From positions 32,001-96,000 of the forward strand of contig JBLGBK010000001.1 of the NCBI GenBank assembly GCA_047617785.1: 64,000 nucleotides of DNA, read 5' to 3'. Source of the DNA: Colwellia polaris. GTDB taxonomy: Archaea > Nanohalarchaeota > Nanosalinia > Nanosalinales > Nanosalinaceae. Each line of letters starts with the position of its first letter. The stretch's first letter is position 1. Made by a program: the position numbers and the translations under genes. Shown here piece after piece: positions 57,546-64,000 of this stretch. The notes under the pieces were generated by a model that did not search any database, had not been told where the DNA came from, and worked only from the letters and a program-made list of their open reading frames with translations.

Positions 57546-58247
57546 TTAATTCTTTTTCTTGCCGCTTCTCTTAGCGGCGATGTTTCCGACCTTTCTACCA
57601 GGCGATGCATGCCGGGATACGGTCTTTGCTTTTCCAGGTTTTGCTGATCCACCGAATGGGTGGTCGACTGCGTTCATTGCTACGCCAGAGACCTTTGGAT
57701 ACAGCTTGCCTTTGGCTTTCATTGCGTGGTGCTTGTTTCCAGCCTTGACGAATGGTTTGTCCTTTCGTCCGCCTGCGGCAACCTTTCCTACTGTGGATCG
57801 GCATTTCTTAGATAGTTTCTTGAACTTGCCGCTTGGGAGCTGGATTCGTACGCCGTCTTCTTCGTGTGTTACGACGAATGCGTATGTTCCGCTGCTGCGG
57901 ACCATTTTTCCGCCTGCTCTCGGCTGTGTTTCTATATTATGTATTGGTACTCCTTCAGGTATTTCTGCTAGTGGTAGTGTATTTCCTTCTTCGATTTCTG
58001 CGCTTACTCCGATCTCTATTTCGTCTCCTACTGCAAGGTTCTCTGGTGCGAGGATGTTTCTTGTTTCTCCGTCCTCGAACTCTACCTGTGCTACGGGAGC
58101 AGTCCTTGCTGGGTCGTGCTGTATATCTGTGACTGTTCCTGTTGTTTCTGCGTTTTTCTGTTCTACAGTGCCTTTGCCTTTATGGCTGCTGGCTTTGTAG
58201 TTTGGAGATCCTTTTCCTCTTCGTTGTTGTCTTAGTGGACTTCCCAT
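57546..58247 (-). CDS. rpl2: Ribosomal protein uL2
   Basis: QRRGKGS, HDPARTAP, GVAMNAVDHPFGG. Confidence 0.97.
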   Translation of the reverse strand: MGSPLRQQRRGKGSPNYKASSHKGKGTVEQKNAETTGTVTDIQHDPARTAPVAQVEFEDGETRNILAPENLAVGDEIEIGVSAEIEEGNTLPLAEIPEGVPIHNIETQPRAGGKMVRSSGTYAFVVTHEEDGVRIQLPSGKFKKLSKKCRSTVGKVAAGGRKDKPFVKAGNKHHAMKAKGKLYPKVSGVAMNAVDHPFGGSAKPGKAKTVSRHASPGRKVGNIAAKRSGKKKN

Positions 58248-58263
58248 AGTTGATTCACCTTGT

Positions 58264-58530
58264 TTACATCATACCTAACTTGGTCGCTACATCCATCGCA
58301 TCGTCTGATTCGCTTAGTGTGACGAATGCCTTTTTCTTTGCCTGTGGAGTGATAGCGGTGTTTACTTTTTTAACCGTGACATCAAACAGAGTTTCAACTG
58401 CGTCTTCGACCTGTGTCTTGTTTGATTCTAGATCGACGATCAGTACTAGTTGGTTCTGTTCTACCAGATCCATTGCTTTTTCTGTTAGATGTGGATTCTG
58501 AATTATGTCCCATGCTTTTTCTTCCTGCAT
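58264..58530 (-). CDS. rpl23: Ribosomal protein uL23
   Basis: PHLTEKAM, KVNT.IT..KKKAFV; likely start MQEEK. Confidence 0.95.
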   Translation of the reverse strand: MQEEKAWDIIQNPHLTEKAMDLVEQNQLVLIVDLESNKTQVEDAVETLFDVTVKKVNTAITPQAKKKAFVTLSESDDAMDVATKLGMM

Positions 58531-58548
58531 CTTTTGATTAAACCTCAT

Positions 58549-59304
58549 TTATTGGAAGAGGTTTTCCTCTTCCAGTCTGTCAACTGCGTTTTGACTCCAA
58601 ACTGTGAGTCTTCCAGGCTTAATGCCTGAGGATAGCAGTTGTGCGTTCAGATTTTCTACAGATACTGCGTCTACGCCCGGGATGTTCTGGGCTGCTTTGA
58701 TAGCATCTGTTTGTTCGCCGAAGACCATCAGTGGTCCTGTGCGTTTGTTGTATTTTCGTCCTCGGTTGCTTCCTTGACCTGCTCTGAAACTTACGTCTGC
58801 TGCTCGTTCAAGTTCTTCAGCCATTCCTAGTTCTTCAAGTTTCTCTTGGACTTCTTTTGTTTTTTCTAGGTCTCCAATTCCTTCTTCTACTATTGGTACT
58901 TCGCCATCGTATCGATGGTTCTCTTGTACGAGGTCTTCTTTTGTTGTTGCTGTGATTGCAGATCGAATTGCTTTTCTTCTTTCTTTGTCGTTGATTTCTT
59001 CGTCAAATTCTTTCTCTGCTTTTGGAGGGTGTGCTGCTCGTCCGCCTCTTGTTGCTGGAGACTGTGCTCCTTCTCCGTAAATCTGCATTCCACGTGAGTG
59101 CATTACTTTACGTGGGATTCTTGATTGTCCTCGTCCTTTCCGGCTTCTGTATGCGTTGTTTCGCTGTCTCCATCTTACTACGTGTCGGAGACCTGCCTCT
59201 GGATCTGCTCCGTATGGCTGTCTATTCTTGGATTGGATTGAGAGGACTGCTCTCTTTACTATGTCCGGTCTTACTCGTTCCTCAAACTGGTTTGGTAGTT
59301 CCAT
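58549..59304 (-). CDS. rpl4: Ribosomal protein uL4
   Basis: RPDIVKRAV, GRGQSRIPR, GGRAAHPPK, PGRLTVW. Confidence 0.96.
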   Translation of the reverse strand: MELPNQFEERVRPDIVKRAVLSIQSKNRQPYGADPEAGLRHVVRWRQRNNAYRSRKGRGQSRIPRKVMHSRGMQIYGEGAQSPATRGGRAAHPPKAEKEFDEEINDKERRKAIRSAITATTKEDLVQENHRYDGEVPIVEEGIGDLEKTKEVQEKLEELGMAEELERAADVSFRAGQGSNRGRKYNKRTGPLMVFGEQTDAIKAAQNIPGVDAVSVENLNAQLLSSGIKPGRLTVWSQNAVDRLEEENLFQ

Positions 59305-59321
59305 TCTGTGTTAAACCTCGC

Positions 59322-60290
59322 TTATTGTTCTACGTATGTTATTTCTGGTTTTCCAGGGTTTTCGTCTTTTCTCAGAGGTGTTCTGAGTCTTATCAGGCGG
59401 TTGGATGAACCAGGAACTGATCCTTTGACCATTATGTATTCAGATTCTAGTTCTCCGTAGTTCTTGAATCCTCCGCTAACCTGTACGTCTTCAGGTTCTC
59501 CTGTTGAGAGGATTCTCTTGTTTAGTTCTGTACGGTTGTTGAATCCTTGCTGTCCTGGAAGCGGAATCTTCCAGCTTAGCTGGTCTGGATGCCATGGTCC
59601 AACGTTTCCGGCCTTTCTTCGTTTCTTCTGTGTCTTGTGGCCGAGTTTCTTGATTCCGTAACGTTTTACTGGTCCTTCCATTCCTTTTCCTTTAGTTACT
59701 GCAACTACGTCTGAATACTGTCCTTCTTCGAAGACGTCTGAGAAGTTGATTTCTTTTCCGATCATTTCTTCTGCGTATTCGAATTTTTCGTCTACTGAGC
59801 CTCCGATTGCTAGTTCGAAGTTTTCTGCTTTCTTTTTGGAGACTGCTGTTTTCTGTGGTTGTGTGTGGACTAGTAGTCGGACGTCTGTTATTTCGTCTTG
59901 TATTTCTTTTGCTGCTTCGAGGTTGTCCATGTTTCCTTCTTTTGGAGTGTCTACTGCCCGCTGTAGTTCTTTGGCTGGGCTTTCTGTCCATGCCTCTGTG
60001 AATACCTGCTTGCCAGAGTTCGGGTCTTCTGTGTAGAAGCGTGCTCCGTATACTCTGAGCGGTGGTGCTTCTAGTATTGTTACTGGTACTGCTTTTTCTT
60101 GTCCTTGTGTTGCTCCTTCTTGATCATCTACCATCAGGACTCTTGTCATTCCTGCTTTGTATCCTGCGTATCCTAGTGGTTTCTGTTCGTCGGTTTCTTC
60201 CCAAGAGTTGATTTCTGGGTAGATTCTTTCGGCTCTTACTTTGGGTTTGAACCCAAGCGATCCGCTTCTAGGTCTGTTTTTCTTAGGCAT
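59322..60290 (-). CDS. rpl3: Ribosomal protein uL3
   Basis: PRSGSLGFKP, GYKAGMT, TKGKG..GPVKR, KGSVPG. Confidence 0.97.
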   Translation of the reverse strand: MPKKNRPRSGSLGFKPKVRAERIYPEINSWEETDEQKPLGYAGYKAGMTRVLMVDDQEGATQGQEKAVPVTILEAPPLRVYGARFYTEDPNSGKQVFTEAWTESPAKELQRAVDTPKEGNMDNLEAAKEIQDEITDVRLLVHTQPQKTAVSKKKAENFELAIGGSVDEKFEYAEEMIGKEINFSDVFEEGQYSDVVAVTKGKGMEGPVKRYGIKKLGHKTQKKRRKAGNVGPWHPDQLSWKIPLPGQQGFNNRTELNKRILSTGEPEDVQVSGGFKNYGELESEYIMVKGSVPGSSNRLIRLRTPLRKDENPGKPEITYVEQ

Positions 60291-60432
60291 GTTAGTGTTT
60301 TACACCTCTAAATCAAATTTGCAGACGCCAAATACACTTGCTGTTAAGTGAACCTGTCACCTGCTGATTCCATTGGCCTCAAAGAGGCTTGGACTCCCAT
60401 AGAACAACCTGACTAACGTCGGGTGTTCGAGA
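60291..60432 (-). promoter_or_regulatory. Structured 5' leader of the uL3 (S10-like) operon
   Basis: Hairpins at 60402-60428 and 60369-60393; TATA box TTTATAAA at 60457-60464; GAGGTG RBS. Confidence 0.55.
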
Positions 60433-60500
60433 GTAAGAAAAGGATAGAAGTAAAATTTTATAAATAGGGTGTCCTATGCAAACCAAGCTCACAGCAGAGT

Positions 60501-60863
60501 TCATCTATCTGAGGGCTTAAGTGTAAACCTATATACACAGTACTGCCAGTATATCGAAGCTAAAGTCACTATAACCGCTGCTGAACGGTAAACATAAATT
60601 GCTGTATTTTGGAGATTAGGTACTGAAGTTAAAACCACAATCCTGAACATTGTTGCGACTATGAAAACAGCAGTTCCCGCCGCCAAGACCTTAAAAGCTC
60701 TTGGAGTTCCCTCACTGAGGAAAAGCGTCCTAGAACTGATCTCTGGATGCTCCTTAAAGTTATTATAGATGAGATAATACATAATTGCAATAGTAGACCA
60801 CATTAAAGCCAACACCGAGCCGTAGATAAGATTGTTCTCAATCACATGAATCTCCTCGCCCAT
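60501..60863 (-). CDS. Small 3-TM membrane protein
   Basis: 120 aa, hydrophobic; similar layout to upstream gene. Confidence 0.65.
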   Translation of the reverse strand: MGEEIHVIENNLIYGSVLALMWSTIAIMYYLIYNNFKEHPEISSRTLFLSEGTPRAFKVLAAGTAVFIVATMFRIVVLTSVPNLQNTAIYVYRSAAVIVTLASIYWQYCVYRFTLKPSDR

Positions 60864-61162
60864 TTGAAAAACACATAGGATGAAATAGCAACGTGAATAC
60901 CTCCTACCAATTCAGATGCTTCAATCAGAATTTGCATTTCTAGTACATAACTTGCTGCTACCATCACGAAAGCTGTGACCATTGATATACTTGCAATACC
61001 CAACAGCCTGAAATCTTTCTTAAACCCTTCTGGGTCAAGCTGGAAAGATGCTGTAGCAGTTTCTTCCTTAAAAGTCATAGCGTAGAAAATCCCCAAAGAG
61101 GCTGCTACTATGACAATGGCGGCCAGAAGATAACCGGCCATCACTAATAGCGTAATCATCAC
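60842..61162 (-). CDS. Small 3-TM membrane protein
   Basis: 106 aa, hydrophobic; overlaps next gene. Confidence 0.65.
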   Translation of the reverse strand: MMITLLVMAGYLLAAIVIVAASLGIFYAMTFKEETATASFQLDPEGFKKDFRLLGIASISMVTAFVMVAASYVLEMQILIEASELVGGIHVAISSYVFFKWARRFM

Positions 61163-61329
61163 CTATAGATTGCGTCGCAATAGTTTTTATATTTCGTTCT
61201 CTGACCGGATTTCTTTAGAGAAAACTTCACGAAGATGCCCTCAGTACTGGAGCAATCTAAAAAAATCTGTACCGGTTAAAAATAAGCGAAAAAGCCCTAA
61301 CCCCTGCATTAAGAAGTTGAAGTACTTGA

Positions 61330-61683
61330 CTAGTCTTCGATAAGTTCTTCAACCGTCTTTCTAAAGCTTGGAGAAAGCGCCTTAAGCACATTTTCCTTAC
61401 GTTCTTCAGATAAATTCCTCACACTCTCTACCGTATTTTCTAGTTGATCTTCAAACTCTTGATCTGACTTAATCTCCTTCCTATAGTTTTGGAAGATAAC
61501 TTGCTCAAGTATTTCTTCAGCACGCTCTCGAACTTCTGGAGATAGAACATGTAGCTCTTCAAGAACTTCCTTTCTGGTTTTAGAGTCTAGCAGATCTTCG
61601 ATTTCTTCCTGTAGCTGTTCATCAATTGCCTCATCAGAAGTATTTGTGTTGAGGAACTGATCGTCTATATCTTCTAGCGCCAT
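61330..61683 (-). CDS. Acidic helical hypothetical protein
   Basis: Internal repeat LHVLSPEVR / LKALSPSFR. Confidence 0.6.
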   Translation of the reverse strand: MALEDIDDQFLNTNTSDEAIDEQLQEEIEDLLDSKTRKEVLEELHVLSPEVRERAEEILEQVIFQNYRKEIKSDQEFEDQLENTVESVRNLSEERKENVLKALSPSFRKTVEELIED

Positions 61684-61708
61684 ATTATACAATTGTGATC
61701 TTTCTCAT

Positions 61709-64000
61709 TTATCCTTTGATGTTGACAACCGGCAGAAGTTTTGCAGCTTTCTGACCTATACCCAGATCATCGGAAACCTCAATAACCTCGTCAATATCCT
61801 TGTATGCATCAGGCGCCTCTTCTGCAACTGTTTCGCCGCTTCGAGCTTTGACATATATGCCTTTGTTCTCGAGATCCTTCTGAAGTCTGTCAGCACTATG
61901 ATCCTTTTTTGCCTGGTTACGTGACTTCAAGCGTCCTGCTCCATGCGCTGTGGATCCAAAACTTCTTTCTAGAGACCTTTCTCCCCCAATCAATACGTAA
62001 CTAGATGTTCCCATGCTGCCCGGCAGTAGTACTGGCTGACCGACGTCCTTATAGACGTCAGGTACCTCAACCCTGCTTTTTGGAAATGCACGCGTCGCAC
62101 CTTTCCTGTGTACAAGAAGATCCTTTGTTTCGCCGTCTACTTGGTGAGTTTCCTCTTTTGCAATGTTGTGGCAAACGTCGTAGAGAAGCTCCGTCTCTAC
62201 ATCGCCAAATAGTCGATCGAATGCATCTCTTACTGCTTCCGTAATCCCTTGGCGATTGGCCCAGGCATAGTTTGCTGCAGCGTACATAGCGTCCCTGTAG
62301 TCCTGTCCAAGCTGCTCATCCAGAGGTCCATACATGAGGTTTTTCTCTGGTATGTTCTCAGCTATCTCTGGATATTCTTTCTCGAATTCTCTTAGATATT
62401 CTGTACAGGTCTGGTGGCCAAGACCTCTGGATCCCGAGTGAATCATGATCACGACCTGGTCTTTTTCCAGTCCGTAGACTTCTTCATATATTTCTCCGAC
62501 ACGCTGAACCTCTAGGAAGTGGTTTCCGGATCCTAGGCTGCCTACCTGGTTTAATCCTCTTTTTATTGCGTCTTCAGGCACTTTTTCTGGTTTTCCTGGT
62601 AGCCGGCCATTTTCCTCGCATCTTTGTTTGTCTTCTTCTGTCGCGTAGCCGTTTTCTATCATCCAGTCTATACCCTTCTCCATTATTTCCATAAGGTCTT
62701 CTTCATCGGTATCGATGTAGCTCCCTCCTCCTAGCCCGCAAGGTACTTCGTTGTATAGGATGTTTACAAGCTGTTCTTCTTTTCCTCTGATATCTTCATA
62801 GGTAAGATCTGTTTTTAGCAGTCTTACGCCGCAGTTAGAGACAATAAATTGATTGGCCTGGAAGTTATGCTCTTTATGTGCAACGCCGATATCGTAAACT
62901 TTTTCTACTCCCGCTTTCTGTATGTTTTTGATAGCGGTTTTTATAGAAAAATCATTCTTGACTTCTACTTCTTGTGCGTATTCTTCATAATCGGGAAACG
63001 TCTTTGGAGGTTTAGAAATCGATTTCCTTCCGCTATAGATGCTTCTTTCAATAAAGCGTTCATTAATATCGAACTTCTTAATTTCTTTAGGTCGTGCGCC
63101 ACCCTCATAAAGCTCTATGCTCTCGCGGGCAATCTTTTCCTGTCTCTCAATAGCTTTTTGTTTGGTTTTAAGATATTGAACGGCTTTAATCGCTTCTTTT
63201 TGTTTATCTTTGTTGTATCGATACCCTATTTTTTGATAGAAGTTGATTAGGTTCTTTGAGTCATTTTTGATTCCCAATCTACACCTAACTACTCTGCCTT
63301 CATTGTTTTCATGTGTTTCAAATTCTTCAACCTTATTTGTTCTAATGCCTAATTCGGATAGAGCTTGCTTAATTCCCTCCATAAATTCTCGCCCATATTC
63401 TTTAACATATTCAGACTTATTCTGAGATATTTTAGGGCAGTAGAGGTTCTTTCCGCTCTTAGGAGAGGGTTTATTCATCTCAGCTCCAAAGAAGGCTGAT
63501 AGATACAGAGCCTTCTGCCAACGCGTTAAATTATCGAAATAATTAGGAAGTGTGAACGACTGATTCGTTTTCTTGCCCTTTGGAACGCCAAGCTCAATTA
63601 GAAGTTTCTGGAAGGCTCTAGAGGTCGATTTTAGACTTCCCTCTGTAACTTCAAAAGGTTCTTTTCTAACCTGATGAGTCCTATCTCTTGAACATATTTT
63701 TGAAGGACGGAACCCTAGTTTCTTGATATCTTCCTGTATAGATTCTAAGTCTTCTTTGTCAGCATAAAAAGTGGTGTCGCCATTATTATTGAAGCTACCA
63801 GCTCCTGTGTGGAAAGCCGCCAATTTAAGCAATATATTAAACTCTTCATCTGTAGATTTCAGCGGCAAAAGACCTCGCTGGTTAAGAGCGTCTACTAATT
63901 GGCTGTTTTCGTCCTTGAAATCCTTCTCTTCTATTAACGTAAATTCCTCAGGATCTTCGTCCTTTACTCCTTTAAAGGGTCTGATAACCACTCTTTCACC
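61709..64000 (-). CDS. rtcB: RNA ligase RtcB, intein-containing, 5' end beyond window
   Basis: CGVRLL, GSLGSGNHFLEVQ, HSGSRGLGH, HNIAK, HRKGATR, STAHGAGR, EEAP.AYK. Confidence 0.95.
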   Translation of the reverse strand, partial: GERVVIRPFKGVKDEDPEEFTLIEEKDFKDENSQLVDALNQRGLLPLKSTDEEFNILLKLAAFHTGAGSFNNNGDTTFYADKEDLESIQEDIKKLGFRPSKICSRDRTHQVRKEPFEVTEGSLKSTSRAFQKLLIELGVPKGKKTNQSFTLPNYFDNLTRWQKALYLSAFFGAEMNKPSPKSGKNLYCPKISQNKSEYVKEYGREFMEGIKQALSELGIRTNKVEEFETHENNEGRVVRCRLGIKNDSKNLINFYQKIGYRYNKDKQKEAIKAVQYLKTKQKAIERQEKIARESIELYEGGARPKEIKKFDINERFIERSIYSGRKSISKPPKTFPDYEEYAQEVEVKNDFSIKTAIKNIQKAGVEKVYDIGVAHKEHNFQANQFIVSNCGVRLLKTDLTYEDIRGKEEQLVNILYNEVPCGLGGGSYIDTDEEDLMEIMEKGIDWMIENGYATEEDKQRCEENGRLPGKPEKVPEDAIKRGLNQVGSLGSGNHFLEVQRVGEIYEEVYGLEKDQVVIMIHSGSRGLGHQTCTEYLREFEKEYPEIAENIPEKNLMYGPLDEQLGQDYRDAMYAAANYAWANRQGITEAVRDAFDRLFGDVETELLYDVCHNIAKEETHQVDGETKDLLVHRKGATRAFPKSRVEVPDVYKDVGQPVLLPGSMGTSSYVLIGGERSLERSFGSTAHGAGRLKSRNQAKKDHSADRLQKDLENKGIYVKARSGETVAEEAPDAYKDIDEVIEVSDDLGIGQKAAKLLPVVNIKG
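62834..64000 (-). mobile_element. Intein with LAGLIDADG-type homing endonuclease (partial)
   Basis: Splice blocks KVYDIGV..HNF.AN..IVSN|C; motifs LAAFHTGAG and YLSAFFGAE; FYQKIGY. Confidence 0.92.

Noticed and set aside
57559-58200. 213-aa plus-strand ORF
   Set aside because: Antisense to rpl2; no independent coding signal
61208-61267. Imperfect 12-bp inverted repeat (GATTTCTTTAGA / TCTAAAAAAATC)
   Set aside because: AT-rich, single copy, no target duplication or transposase; could be chance
1-64000. CRISPR array, rRNA or IS element
   Set aside because: No regularly spaced repeats, rRNA-like segment or transposase ORF seen by eye

Overview
Archaeal genomic window. The strongly acidic proteome, Alba gene, shortened ribosomal proteins and large block of DPANN-style orphan surface/membrane genes point to a nanohaloarchaeon (Nanohaloarchaeota, DPANN); this is inferred, not database-verified. 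Layout: (1) 0.4-12.5 kb, a type IV pilus locus (ATPase, TadC/PilC platform, about 11 pilin-like genes, three missed by the ORF track). (2) 12.6-19.9 kb, a co-oriented cluster of five paralogous membrane proteins, tiny membrane peptides, acidic coiled-coil proteins and a RimK-like ATP-grasp ligase. (3) dph5/trm5. (4) 22-26 kb, acidic orphans, three with twin-arginine-like signals. (5) 26-39 kb, Ig-like surface proteins and three paralogous lipobox proteins beside a DUF63 gene. (6) pelota, HtrA, thioredoxin-like protein, CPA2 antiporter, tRNA-Ser. (7) 44.8-60.3 kb, the S10/spc-like ribosomal superoperon, with two long structured 5' leaders. (8) RtcB with an intein, cut by the window end. Best candidates for undescribed biology: the pilus-linked membrane/coiled-coil cluster (possible host-contact or delivery apparatus), the Tat-like orphans, and a ~200-nt structured RNA upstream of uS17 resembling the uS8-binding site of 16S rRNA.
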